A stretch of 64,000 nucleotides of DNA from Myxococcota bacterium (GCA_965228475.1 OZ245817.1:4416001-4480000), one strand, 5' to 3'. Counted from the stretch's first letter, positions 36,732 through 47,169 are shown. Notes: generated by a model not told the origin, from the letters alone. A program made the numbers and translations.

Positions 36732-36737
36732 GTTCTA
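36724..36737. promoter_or_regulatory. KstR-like operator overlapping the sigma factor start codon
   Basis: TCCAACACGTTCTA fits TnnAACnnGTTnnA. Confidence 0.5.
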
Positions 36738-36751
36738 GAGCAGGGTTCGCT

Positions 36752-37165
36752 TCAGGAAGCGCGCTGCGCGAGCAGGTCGCGAATCTCGGTGAGGAGCACC
36801 TCTTCCTTCGGCGGCTCCTTCGGCTTCTCCTCTTCCTTCTCCTTGAGCGAGTTCACGCCCTTCACGAGCAGGAAGACGGCGAAGGCGACGATCATGAAGT
36901 CGAGGGCCGTGTTGATGAACGCGCCGTACTTGATCGTGGCGGCACCGGCGGCCTCGGCGGCCTCGAGACTCTCGTAGCTCCCACCGCCGAGCGTGACGAA
37001 GAGATTCGAGAAATCGACCCCGCCGACCAGCTCACCGATGGGCGGCATCATCATGCCCTGGGTGAACGCGTTGACGACGTCCTTGAACGCGGCGCCCATG
37101 ATGATGCCGACGGCCATGTCGAACACGTTGCCCTTGGCAACGAACTTCTTGAACTCCTCCAACAT
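36752..37165 (-). CDS. mscL: Large-conductance mechanosensitive channel
   Basis: [27 protein letters not shown]...[12 protein letters not shown]. Confidence 0.97.
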   Translation of the reverse strand: MLEEFKKFVAKGNVFDMAVGIIMGAAFKDVVNAFTQGMMMPPIGELVGGVDFSNLFVTLGGGSYESLEAAEAAGAATIKYGAFINTALDFMIVAFAVFLLVKGVNSLKEKEEEKPKEPPKEEVLLTEIRDLLAQRAS

Positions 37166-37291
37166 GCGGACCCCTCCCTGCGCGGGCCCTGAAACGCCCG
37201 CGCCTTGCGATTTTTCGGCGCACGCCTGCCATCGGGGCCCGCGCCTCGCCGCCCATGTAATGCGGGGACGGGAGAAAAAGCAACGAAGGGG

Positions 37292-38149
37292 TCAGCCGAG
37301 GGCGGGATTTTCCTTCGGCGGCGCCAGCGAGCCGCGGGTTCGGCTCCAGACCTGGGTGAACTCCGCCCCGAAGAAGAGGATCTGCGAGGAGTAGTAGACC
37401 CAGAGCAGCACCACGACGAGCGAGCCGGCGGCGCCGTAGACCGAGGTCGCCGAGGTCTGGCCGAGGTAGAGCCCGATCAGCTCCTTGCCGACGGCGAACA
37501 GCAGCGCCGTGCCCGCCGCGCCGGCCCAGACGTCGCGCCAGGCGATCTTCGTGTCCGGCAGGTACTTGAAGATCAGCGCGAAGAGCAGGGTCACGACGCC
37601 GAAGGAGACGACGAGGTTCGCGCCGCGGGCGAGCACGTCGGCGCCCGGGAAGAGGCCCGAGAGCCACGTGTCGAGCGCCGAGACGGCGGCCGTCAGCACG
37701 AGCGAGACCAACAGCAGGAAGCCGACGACGAGGATCATCGAGAAGGTCGTGAGCCGCGCGAGGAAGTAGGCGCCCCAGCCCTGGTTCGGGTCGGCCTCGA
37801 CGTCCCAGACGGTGTTCATGGCGTCCTGGAGTTCGCCGAACACCGTCGACGCCCCGAGGATCATCGTCGCCAGTCCGATCACCGTCGCCGCGACGCCTTC
37901 CTTGGGCTGGTTCGCGTTGGCGATCATCTGCTGGACGCCGGCGGCACCGTCCTCCCCGAGCATGCCCTCGAGCTGGGCGAGGATCTCGCCCTCGGCCGCG
38001 CGCTCCCCGAAGAAGAAGCCGATCCCGGCGATCACCAGGACCAGCAGCGGCGCCAGCGAGAAGACGGTGTAGTAGGCCAGCGCGGCGCCGAGCCGGAGGC
38101 AGCGGTCCTCGCTCCACTCGCTGTAGGTGAGCTTGAGCAACTCGAACAT
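37292..38149 (-). CDS. YihY/BrkB family membrane protein
   Basis: GAALAYYTVFSLAPLL; YGAAGSLVVVLLWVYYSSQILFFGAEF. Confidence 0.93.
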   Translation of the reverse strand: MFELLKLTYSEWSEDRCLRLGAALAYYTVFSLAPLLVLVIAGIGFFFGERAAEGEILAQLEGMLGEDGAAGVQQMIANANQPKEGVAATVIGLATMILGASTVFGELQDAMNTVWDVEADPNQGWGAYFLARLTTFSMILVVGFLLLVSLVLTAAVSALDTWLSGLFPGADVLARGANLVVSFGVVTLLFALIFKYLPDTKIAWRDVWAGAAGTALLFAVGKELIGLYLGQTSATSVYGAAGSLVVVLLWVYYSSQILFFGAEFTQVWSRTRGSLAPPKENPALG

Positions 38150-38210
38150 GGACGGATCCCCCGGGGGAATGCGGCGGACGCTTGCGATGGAGCGCCATCC
38201 GGAGATAAAA

Positions 38211-38224
38211 TAGAACGTGTTCTA
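38211..38224. promoter_or_regulatory. KstR operator
   Basis: TAGAACGTGTTCTA about 70 nt upstream of the chsH2-like gene. Confidence 0.88.
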
Positions 38225-38295
38225 CCCGGAGCGGCCGGCCCCATCCACGGAGAGCCGCTCCCCCTGCCTACTACTAGAGAGGCGTCGAGGTGTCC

Positions 38296-39282
38296 ATGAG
38301 CAACCCCGCCGAAGCCAAGCGGGAGCTTGAAGCGAAGCTCCAGGAATTCGTCGGCCAGGAGACCGGGCCGGCGACGCTCGGGCTCGACACGGTCAACGAG
38401 CCGATGATCCGGCACTGGTGCGAGACCATGGGCGACGCGAACCCCGTCTACACCGACGCCGGCGTGGCCGAGAAGTCCGCCCACGGCGGCATCGTGGCGC
38501 CGCCGACCATGATGCAGGCCTGGATCATGCGCGGCGTCAGCATGGCGCGGCCGCCGGCCGGGGACGTCACCGACCGCCAGAACGAACTCCACGCCCTGCT
38601 CACCGAGAGCGGCTACCCCTCGGTCGTCGCCACGAACTGCGAGCAGGAGTACCACCGCTACCTGAAGCCCGGCGACGAAGTCGCGGCGAGCACCGTGATC
38701 GAATCCGTCTCCGAGCAGAAGGCCACGGCCCTCGGCATCGGATACTTCATCGACACGCGCACGAAGTTCGAGGTCGACGGAGAAGAGGTCGGCTGGATGA
38801 CCTTCCGCGTGCTGAAGTTCAAGCCGAACGCGGCGCCGGCCGCGGCGGCCAGCGACGAAGACGCGGGCGGGCCCATGTCCGGCACGCCGAAGCGGCTGCG
38901 TCCCAGCCTCGGCCACGACAACCAGTGGTGGTGGGAGGCCGTCGACGCGGGGAAGTTCCTCGTGCAGAAGTGCTCCTCGTGCGGCGTCGTGCGCCACCCG
39001 CCGCGCGCGATGTGCGGCGAGTGCCAGTCGATCGAGTGGGAGGGCGTCGAGGCCGAGATGAAGGGCACCGTGCACAGCTTCACGGTGATCCATCATCCGC
39101 AGGTGCCCGGATACGAATATCCCCTCGTCTCGGCGCTGATCGACCTCGAGATCGGCACGCGCTTCGTCTCGAACGTGGTCGGCTGCGACCCGGCCGACGT
39201 GCACGTCGGAATGAAGGTCGTCGGAACGATCGAGGCGGTCGACGACGAAATGAACCTCCCGATCTTCCGGCCGGCGAACTGA
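38296..39282 (+). CDS. chsH2: Steroid enoyl-CoA hydratase subunit ChsH2-like (MaoC-like plus DUF35 Zn-ribbon/OB fold)
   Basis: VNEPMIRHWCETMGDANPVY, APPTMMQAWIM, SVVATNCEQEYHRYL; CSSC...HPPRAMCGEC. Confidence 0.88.
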   Translation: MSNPAEAKRELEAKLQEFVGQETGPATLGLDTVNEPMIRHWCETMGDANPVYTDAGVAEKSAHGGIVAPPTMMQAWIMRGVSMARPPAGDVTDRQNELHALLTESGYPSVVATNCEQEYHRYLKPGDEVAASTVIESVSEQKATALGIGYFIDTRTKFEVDGEEVGWMTFRVLKFKPNAAPAAAASDEDAGGPMSGTPKRLRPSLGHDNQWWWEAVDAGKFLVQKCSSCGVVRHPPRAMCGECQSIEWEGVEAEMKGTVHSFTVIHHPQVPGYEYPLVSALIDLEIGTRFVSNVVGCDPADVHVGMKVVGTIEAVDDEMNLPIFRPAN

Positions 39283-39283
39283 G

Positions 39284-40402
39284 ATGGATTTCGACTACAG
39301 CGACGAACAGGAATCCATCCGCGATCTCGCCCGCGAGATCCTCGAGAACGAGATCGACGCCGACCGTCTGAAGGAGATCGGCGCGAGCGACGCCTGGTTC
39401 GACGAGGCGCTGTGGAAGCAGCTCGGCGAAGCGAACCTGCTCGGCGTGGCCGTGCCCGAAGCCCACGGCGGGATGGGGTTCGGCTTCGAGGAGCTCTGCG
39501 TCCTGCTGGTCGAGCAGGGGCGTGCGCTCGCCCCCGTCCCGCTCCATGCGACGGCGACGGCGGGGCTGGCCCTGGCGCGCGCGGGGAGTGCCGCGCAGCA
39601 GGAGGCCTGGCTCCCGGGTGTGGCGAGCGGCGAGGCGATCTTCGCCCTGGCACTGGACGATGCCGCCTCGGTCTCGCCCGAAGCTCCGGCCACGCGTGCC
39701 GAACCCAAGGGCGACGCGTTCACGCTCACGGGCACGAAGCGGTTCGTGCCCTCCGCGCATCTCGCGAAGCGCCTCGTCGTTCCTGCGAGCATCGCGGACG
39801 GCGCCGCGCTGTTCCTCGTCGCTCCCGATGCGCCCGGCGTGACGCTGACCCGGCAGCGCGCCTCCAGCGGCGAGCCGCTCTTCGCACTGACCCTCGACGG
39901 CGCCGCCGCCGAACGCATCGGGGATTCGGACGGAGCCATCGTTCGCTGGCTGCACGAAGCCGCGACGATCGGCCTGTGCGCCCTCCAGACGGGCGTCTCC
40001 GAGAAGGCGCTCGAGATCACCACGGGCTACGTGCGCGAACGCGAGCAGTTCGGCGGGCCGATCGGCGCCTTCCAGGCCGTGCAGCACCGCTGTGCGGACG
40101 GCTACATCGACCTCGAATCGATCCGCTGGACGATGTGGCGCGCGGCCTCCCGGCTGGCCCGCGGCCTCGCGGTTCCGCGCGAAGCGGCCGTCGCGAAGTT
40201 CTGGGCGGCGGACGGCGGCTCGCGCGTCGCCGGCTCGGCGCAGCACCTCCACGGCGGCATCGGTGTCGACGTCGACTACCCGATCCACCGCTACTTCCTG
40301 TGGACGAAGGCCCTCGAGTTCCGGCTCGGCGCCGCCACGCCCACCCTGGTCCAACTCGGCCGCGACCTCGCCGCCGCACCCCCGGAGCCCGCCCGCGCAT
40401 GA
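39284..40402 (+). CDS. Acyl-CoA dehydrogenase, FadE28/FadE27-type subunit
   Basis: MDFDYSDEQ, REQFGGPIGAFQAV, HLHGGIGVDVDYPIHRY; igr-like context. Confidence 0.88.
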   Translation: MDFDYSDEQESIRDLAREILENEIDADRLKEIGASDAWFDEALWKQLGEANLLGVAVPEAHGGMGFGFEELCVLLVEQGRALAPVPLHATATAGLALARAGSAAQQEAWLPGVASGEAIFALALDDAASVSPEAPATRAEPKGDAFTLTGTKRFVPSAHLAKRLVVPASIADGAALFLVAPDAPGVTLTRQRASSGEPLFALTLDGAAAERIGDSDGAIVRWLHEAATIGLCALQTGVSEKALEITTGYVREREQFGGPIGAFQAVQHRCADGYIDLESIRWTMWRAASRLARGLAVPREAAVAKFWAADGGSRVAGSAQHLHGGIGVDVDYPIHRYFLWTKALEFRLGAATPTLVQLGRDLAAAPPEPARA

Positions 40403-40812
40403 GCCAGACGCTTTCCTACGCCGAAGTCTCCGTCGGCGACGAACTGCCGGCCCTCGACGTGCCCCTCGACACGACCCTGATCGTGAGCACGGCCATCGCC
40501 TCGCGCGACTTCACGCCCGTGCACCACGACAAGGCCGCGGCCCAGGCCCAGGGCATGGGCGACGTCTTCATGAACATCCTCACCACGAACGGCTTCGTCG
40601 GCCGCTTCGTGACGGACTGGGCGGGCCCCGATGCGGTGCTCAAGAACGTCGCGATCAAGCTCGGCGCACCGAATCTGCCGGGCGACACCATGAAGATGCG
40701 CGGCAAGGTCGAGAGCAAGGACGGAGGCGTCGTGTCCGTCTCCGTCGTGGGCAAGAACAATTGGGGCGACCACGTCACGGGCACCGTGAAGCTGTCGCTG
40801 CCGGGAGCCTAG
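40399..40812 (+). CDS. chsH1: MaoC-family hydratase ChsH1-like
   Basis: TTLIVSTAIASRDFTPVHHD, DVFMNILTTNGFVGRFVTDWAGP. Confidence 0.88.
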   Translation: MSQTLSYAEVSVGDELPALDVPLDTTLIVSTAIASRDFTPVHHDKAAAQAQGMGDVFMNILTTNGFVGRFVTDWAGPDAVLKNVAIKLGAPNLPGDTMKMRGKVESKDGGVVSVSVVGKNNWGDHVTGTVKLSLPGA

Positions 40813-40814
40813 GC

Positions 40815-41984
40815 ATGCCGACGACGCTCAAGGACGAAGCCGCCATCGTCGGCATCGGGCAGACCGAGTTCAGCAAGAACTCCGGCCGGTCGGAGGTGCA
40901 GCTCGCGAGCGAGGCGATCGCCGCCGCCATCGCCGACGCCGGCCTCGAGCCGAGCCAGATCGACGGCCTCACCACCTTCACGATGGACACGAGCGACGAG
41001 ATCGAGGTCGCCCGCGCCGTCGGCATCGGCGACATCACCTTCTTCAGCCGCATTCCGTACGGCGGCGGCGCCGCCATCGGCGTGATGCACCAGGCGGCCA
41101 TGGCCGTCGCGACGGGCACCGCCAAGTACGTCGTCGTCTACCGCGACCTGAACGGCCGCTCGGGTCAGCGCTACGGCGAGGGCATCGCCAACGGGCCCAC
41201 CACGAGCGATCTCATCCACTGGAGCTGGTACATGCCCTGGGGCCTCATGACCCCCGCCAGCTGGGTCGCCATGTTCGCCACGCGCTACATGCACGAGACG
41301 GGCACGAAGAGCACGGACCTCGCCGAGGTCGCGGTGCAGCAGCGCAAGCACGCGGTGAACAACCCGGCGGCGTTCTTCTACCAGCAGCCGCTCACGATCG
41401 AGGAGCACCAGGCCTCGCGCATGATCGCCGAGCCGCTCCACCTCTATGATTGCTGCCAGGAGACCGACGGCGCGACGGCCTGCATCGTGACGACGCCCGA
41501 GCGCGCCCGCGACCTCGCCCAGCCGGGCGTCGTGATCCGCGCCGTGGCCCAGGCCGCGGGCGCCGACGCCGAGCAGATGACGAGCTTCTACCGCGAGGAC
41601 CTGACGCGTCTCGTCGAGATGGAGATGGTCGGAAAGCAGCTCTGGGAGACGAGCGGCCTCGGCCCGAACGACATCGACGCCGCGGTGCTCTACGACGCCT
41701 TCACCCCGAACGTGCTCTGGCAGCTCGAGGCCTTCGGCTTCTGCGGCTTCGGCGAGGCGAAGGACTTCGTGAAGGACGGCGCCTTCGGGCTCGGCGGGCG
41801 CCTGCCCACGAACACCCACGGCGGTCAGCTCTCCGAAGCGTATCTGCACGGCATGAACGGCGTGAACGAAGGCGTCCGGCTCGTGCGCGGCACGTCCCAC
41901 AATCAACCCGAGAAGAACGACCACGTGCTCGTCACCGCCGGCGTCGGCGTCCCCACGAGTGGCATGGTGCTCGGAAAGCTCTAG
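40815..41984 (+). CDS. ltp2: Steroid side-chain aldolase Ltp2-like (thiolase fold)
   Basis: AAIVGIGQTEFSKNSGRSE, DCCQETDG, LYDAFTP, NTHGGQLSEAYLHGMNG. Confidence 0.88.
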   Translation: MPTTLKDEAAIVGIGQTEFSKNSGRSEVQLASEAIAAAIADAGLEPSQIDGLTTFTMDTSDEIEVARAVGIGDITFFSRIPYGGGAAIGVMHQAAMAVATGTAKYVVVYRDLNGRSGQRYGEGIANGPTTSDLIHWSWYMPWGLMTPASWVAMFATRYMHETGTKSTDLAEVAVQQRKHAVNNPAAFFYQQPLTIEEHQASRMIAEPLHLYDCCQETDGATACIVTTPERARDLAQPGVVIRAVAQAAGADAEQMTSFYREDLTRLVEMEMVGKQLWETSGLGPNDIDAAVLYDAFTPNVLWQLEAFGFCGFGEAKDFVKDGAFGLGGRLPTNTHGGQLSEAYLHGMNGVNEGVRLVRGTSHNQPEKNDHVLVTAGVGVPTSGMVLGKL

Positions 41985-43175
<1,191 letters not shown>

Positions 43176-43179
43176 CGAT

Positions 43180-44100
43180 ATGGGTTCTTTGGACGGAAAG
43201 GTCGCGGTCGTCACCGGCGCCGCGCACGGACTCGGACGGCTCCACGCGCTCGGCCTCGCGGCCGAGGGCGCGAAGGTGGTGGTGAACGATCTCGGCGTCG
43301 CCGCCGACGGCTCGGGCCGGGACGACAGCGCCGCCCAGGCCGTGGTCGACGAGATCAAGAGTGCCGGCGGCGAGGCCCTGGCCCACTCGGGCGACGTCGC
43401 GAACTTCGCCGATGCGGAAGGCATGATCCGCGCCGCCATCGACACCTACGGCGACCTCGACATCCTGATCAACAACGCCGGCTTCACCCGCGACGGCACG
43501 ATCTTCAACCTCACCGAGGACGAGTTCGATTCCGTCATGCGCGTCCACGTGAAGGGCCACTTCGCGCCCTCGAAGTTCGCCATGGCCCACTGGCGCGCGA
43601 AGTCGAAGGAAGCGGGCGGCCCGGTCTACGGCCGGCTCGTCTCGACGGCGAGCGAGTCGTTCCTATTCGCCCCGCCCGGCCAGCCGAACTACTCGGCCGC
43701 CAAGGCCGGCATCGTCGCCATGACCATGGGCCTCGCGCAGCTCGGCCAGCGCTACGGCGTGACGGCCAACGTCGTTCTCCCGCGCGCGCGCACGCGCATG
43801 ACCCTGGTCGGCCCGACCGCGGCGATCTTCCAGAAGCCCGAGGAAGGCTTCGACAACTTCGCCCCGGAGAATTCGAGCCCGCTCTTCGTGTACCTGTGCA
43901 CGCCCCAGGCCGAGCGCATCTCGGGCCACGTCTTCGTGGTCTGGGGCCAGCAGGTGAAGGTGGTCGGCCGCCCGGACCCGAACGCCGCGATGTTCCAGAC
44001 CGGCGAGCACTGGAACCTCGAGACCCTCCACGCCGAGCTCGGCCCCCACTTCGAGAAGCTCGAGCCCGTCACCGACGGCTACAGCGTCCCGGCGATGTAG
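43180..44100 (+). CDS. SDR oxidoreductase (3-hydroxyacyl-CoA dehydrogenase, Rv3502c/Hsd4A-like)
   Basis: TGAAHGLG, NNAGFTRD, YSAAKAG, PRARTRMT. Confidence 0.88.
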   Translation: MGSLDGKVAVVTGAAHGLGRLHALGLAAEGAKVVVNDLGVAADGSGRDDSAAQAVVDEIKSAGGEALAHSGDVANFADAEGMIRAAIDTYGDLDILINNAGFTRDGTIFNLTEDEFDSVMRVHVKGHFAPSKFAMAHWRAKSKEAGGPVYGRLVSTASESFLFAPPGQPNYSAAKAGIVAMTMGLAQLGQRYGVTANVVLPRARTRMTLVGPTAAIFQKPEEGFDNFAPENSSPLFVYLCTPQAERISGHVFVVWGQQVKVVGRPDPNAAMFQTGEHWNLETLHAELGPHFEKLEPVTDGYSVPAM

Positions 44101-44127
44101 GGAGCGGGGCGCCGCCTCCGAGCTCCG

Positions 44128-44166
44128 AAGAACGCCCCTGGCCCCCGGCCGGGGGCGTTCTTTCTT
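44128..44166 (+). terminator. Intrinsic terminator
   Basis: AAGAACGCCCCTGGCC-CCC-GGCCGGGGGCGTTCTT followed by TCTT. Confidence 0.75.
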
Positions 44167-44186
44167 GGGCGGATCGGGCTCCCCCG

Positions 44187-44212
44187 TGACATTTCGAGAT
44201 GCGGGGCTCCAC
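44187..44212 (+). promoter_or_regulatory. Conserved bipartite (ECF-like) promoter motif, copy 1
   Basis: TGACATTT-N14-CCAC, 9 nt before GGAGGA. Confidence 0.6.
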
Positions 44213-44232
44213 CCAATCGCAGGAGGACCCGA

Positions 44233-44865
44233 ATGCCCCGCCCGCTTGCTCACTGCCTCGCCCTGCTGCCGCTGCTGCTCGCGCCCTCCGCGCAGGCGGC
44301 CAGCATCCAGATCCTGACCCAGCTCACGAGCAACCCGGCCTTCATCCTCGGGCCCCAGGCGGGGATCTTCACGCCGGGCGAGGACGTGCTGATCGAGATC
44401 ACCTTCGACGAGATGGCGGTCGACGGAAATCCCTCGATGGGGATCGGCACCTTCCTCTCCGCGGTGAGCCAGCTCGACGTGAGCTTCCAGACGTCGGGGC
44501 TCTCCTTCCAGTTCGGCAACCCGCTGTCGTCGATCGGGACGGCCGACGACATGCCGTCGGGCACGGACTCCGTCGCCTTCAGCTCCTCCAGCCGAATCGG
44601 GGGCAGCATGCCGGGCGGCGTGCCGGCCTCGATCTCGGTACTCCTCGTCCAGATGGGCGGCGCCGGTGACCTGGTCGTGAACGACCGCCCGGCGACGGGG
44701 CCCGTCGCCTTCACGAGTGCCACCTTCGACCTCAACACCACCGGCATCGGCGCAACGAACATGCTGCTCGAAGGCGGCACGGTCGTGGTCCCCGAGCCGG
44801 GCAGCGCCGGCCTCCTCTTGCTGGCTGGCGTCGCGGGCGCGGCGATCCGCTTCCGACGCCGCTAG
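44233..44865 (+). CDS. PEP-CTERM surface protein
   Basis: Signal peptide; VPEPGSAGLLLLAGVAGAAIRFRRR. Confidence 0.92.
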   Translation: MPRPLAHCLALLPLLLAPSAQAASIQILTQLTSNPAFILGPQAGIFTPGEDVLIEITFDEMAVDGNPSMGIGTFLSAVSQLDVSFQTSGLSFQFGNPLSSIGTADDMPSGTDSVAFSSSSRIGGSMPGGVPASISVLLVQMGGAGDLVVNDRPATGPVAFTSATFDLNTTGIGATNMLLEGGTVVVPEPGSAGLLLLAGVAGAAIRFRRR

Positions 44866-45107
44866 CCGCGCTCGGTGGGTTCCGCGGGGCCACCTTCAGC
44901 GGGCTCTGCGTCCTCGCCGCGCTTGCGCATCCGGCCGATCAGCAGCGCCACGAGCGCCAGCAGCGCTTCGTCCACGAACGGCAACGGGTCCGGAACGAAG
45001 ACGTTCACCGCGGCCAGGGCGAGCACCAGCCCGAACAGCACGGGGAAGCGCCGGCGCGACGCCCAGCGGACGAGCGGTGCGAGGAAGGCGGTTCGGGCCA
45101 GAGCCAT
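44862..45107 (-). CDS. Small membrane protein (DUF6116-like)
   Basis: RFPVLFGLVLALAAVNVFVPDPLPFVDEALL. Confidence 0.7.
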   Translation of the reverse strand: MALARTAFLAPLVRWASRRRFPVLFGLVLALAAVNVFVPDPLPFVDEALLALVALLIGRMRKRGEDAEPAEGGPAEPTERG

Positions 45108-45117
45108 CTCCCGACGT

Positions 45118-45143
45118 TGCCACTTTCGACCCCGGGTCACCAC
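45118..45143 (+). promoter_or_regulatory. Conserved bipartite promoter motif, copy 2
   Basis: TGCCACTT-N14-CCAC, 10 nt before GGAGGA. Confidence 0.6.
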
Positions 45144-45165
45144 CAAGCTGGGTGGAGGACCCGAA

Positions 45166-45846
45166 GTGAAGCCCCGATCTGCCCCGCTCGCCCTGGCCCT
45201 CGCTCTCACCTTCGCGCTCGCGAAGCCCAGCGCGGCCGCCATCATCCAGGTCGAGATCGCGTCGACCCTGAGCCAGATCTTCTCCACCGACCACACCCTG
45301 CCCATGATGGTGGGGGACGAGATCGTCGTCCGCTTCCAGCTCGACGATGCGGTGCCGGACCTGAACCCCGTCGCGGGTTCGGGCCAGTTCCAGAACGCGA
45401 TCGTCCAGGCCTCGGTGGAGTTTCCGGAGCAGGGCCTCTTCTTCGACTTCCCGCTCGGCAGCTTCAGCGTGCTCACGACCCTCGACAACCAGCCGAGCGG
45501 GCCCATCACCACCGACGCCTTCGCCTTCAACTCCCTCGGAGACTCGGTCGGCGGGGACATGCTGGACGGGGATACCCCGAACTCGATGATCTTCGGCTTC
45601 GCCCAGGCTCTCTTCGGCAGCGACCCGACCCTGGTCGTGAACGATCGCCTGAACCCGCCCTTCAGCTTCGACGGCCTCGGCGCCTCCCAGGTCACGCTGG
45701 TCGGGCCGATCGGCACGACGGGCGCGAACTTCGTCGACACCTTCGGCCTGAACGCCGGAAGCGCCGTCGTGGTGCCGGTGCCCGAGCCGGCGCTGGGCGC
45801 CCTGGCCCTGGTTTCGATCTTCGGCCTCGTCCGCCGCCGCACCTGA
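45166..45846 (+). CDS. PEP-CTERM surface protein
   Basis: GTG follows GGAGGA; signal peptide; VPEPALGALALVSIFGLVRRRT. Confidence 0.92.
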   Translation: MKPRSAPLALALALTFALAKPSAAAIIQVEIASTLSQIFSTDHTLPMMVGDEIVVRFQLDDAVPDLNPVAGSGQFQNAIVQASVEFPEQGLFFDFPLGSFSVLTTLDNQPSGPITTDAFAFNSLGDSVGGDMLDGDTPNSMIFGFAQALFGSDPTLVVNDRLNPPFSFDGLGASQVTLVGPIGTTGANFVDTFGLNAGSAVVVPVPEPALGALALVSIFGLVRRRT

Positions 45847-45867
45847 AGAGAGCGATTGCCGCGGGCC

Positions 45868-45893
45868 TGACACTTCCGGCGCCGAGCCACCAC
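45868..45893 (+). promoter_or_regulatory. Conserved bipartite promoter motif, copy 3
   Basis: TGACACTT-N14-CCAC, 8 nt before GGAGGA. Confidence 0.6.
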
Positions 45894-45911
45894 GAGGTAT
45901 CGGAGGATCCC

Positions 45912-46592
45912 GTGAAGCCTACGCTCGCCGCTCTCGCTCTCGCCCTGACCGTCCCTTTCACCCAGGCCGCCAACGCCGCCACCGTCTCGGTCGAAATCGA
46001 TACGACGATCTTCGCCGTGGTCAGCTCTCGCGCCATCCCGATCACGATGGGTGAGAACCTGGTCATCCAGTTCAGCTACGACGACGCGGTCGAAGACACC
46101 CAGCTCACCGACGGCTTCGGCCAGTTCGAGAACGCGGTCTCCTCCCTGAGCGTGGTGTTCCCGGACGACGGCCTGTCCCTCACGTTCAACGGAGGAGACA
46201 GCGAGATCGCGACGATCGACGACTTCGGTTCGCCGGGCTCCGAGCTCGACACCTTCACGATCACCGATCTGCAGGACGTGAGCGGGGTCATCCTGCCCGG
46301 AGACGTCATCGATCAGGTCGAGATCGTCTTCGTGGAGCTGGGGGGTGGATCGAACCCGACGCTCATCGTCGATGACGCCCTGAACCCGCCCTTCGATTTC
46401 GACGGCGGCTTCGGCTCGAGCATCTCGGCCGTCATCGTGACCGGCACGACCGCCGCGGGCGCACCCTTCGACGACACCTTCGTCATGGCCTCGGGCTTCG
46501 CCACCGTCGTTCCGGAGCCGGCCGCCGCCGCCCTCGTCGCGCTCGCGCTCGGCGCGGCCGGCGGACTGCGACGAAGGCAGCTCGCAGCCTAG
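45912..46592 (+). CDS. PEP-CTERM surface protein
   Basis: GTG follows GGAGGA; signal peptide; VPEPAAAALVALALGAAGGLRRRQ. Confidence 0.92.
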   Translation: MKPTLAALALALTVPFTQAANAATVSVEIDTTIFAVVSSRAIPITMGENLVIQFSYDDAVEDTQLTDGFGQFENAVSSLSVVFPDDGLSLTFNGGDSEIATIDDFGSPGSELDTFTITDLQDVSGVILPGDVIDQVEIVFVELGGGSNPTLIVDDALNPPFDFDGGFGSSISAVIVTGTTAAGAPFDDTFVMASGFATVVPEPAAAALVALALGAAGGLRRRQLAA

Positions 46593-46605
46593 GGGCGTCT
46601 TCTCT

Positions 46606-47160
46606 TCACTCGCCGAGCAGCTGCTCGCAGGCGAGTCCCACCCGCTCCATCACGCCGGACTGATCGAACAGCCCGCCCGTCCAGCCGACGAGCGAGGCGA
46701 ACCAGACGTTCTGCAGGATCCCGGCGACGTTGCGGTCGCGCTCCGTCACGGCGGCGTCTCCGCAGATCACCTCGGTGATGAGCTCGCTGTTGCGATCGTG
46801 GAAGGCCGCCGTGGTCTCGTGCATCTCGGGGCTTCCGGTCGCAAGCGCCCGGATGACGGCGCGGGCGAAGTTCGGGCGCGAGAGCACCCCTCGGTTGGCG
46901 GCGCGGAAGAAGGCGAGCGCCCGCTCGCGCGGCGTGTTTCCCTTCGGCGGCCGGCGGCGGATCGCCTTCTGGAGCGCCTCCATCTCGCGCGCCAGCGCGG
47001 CACCGAGCAGGTCTTCCTTCCCTCGGAAGTGACGGTAGACGGTGCCGAGGGCGACGCCGGCCTCGCTCGCCACCTCGCGAAGTCGGACCGCCTCGAAGCC
47101 GCCCTTCTCCGCCAGGTCGATCGTCGCTGCGACGATGCGTTCGCGTCGGTCCTCCGCCAC
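46606..47160 (-). CDS. kstR: KstR-like TetR family regulator (paralogue of 15803..16435)
   Basis: RRERIVAATIDLAEKGGFEAVRLREVASEAGVALGTVYRHFRGKEDLL; ILQNVWFASLVGWTGGL; last gene of the ltp3/ltp4 operon. Confidence 0.75.
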   Translation of the reverse strand: MAEDRRERIVAATIDLAEKGGFEAVRLREVASEAGVALGTVYRHFRGKEDLLGAALAREMEALQKAIRRRPPKGNTPRERALAFFRAANRGVLSRPNFARAVIRALATGSPEMHETTAAFHDRNSELITEVICGDAAVTERDRNVAGILQNVWFASLVGWTGGLFDQSGVMERVGLACEQLLGE

Positions 47161-47169
47161 GGCCGGCGC

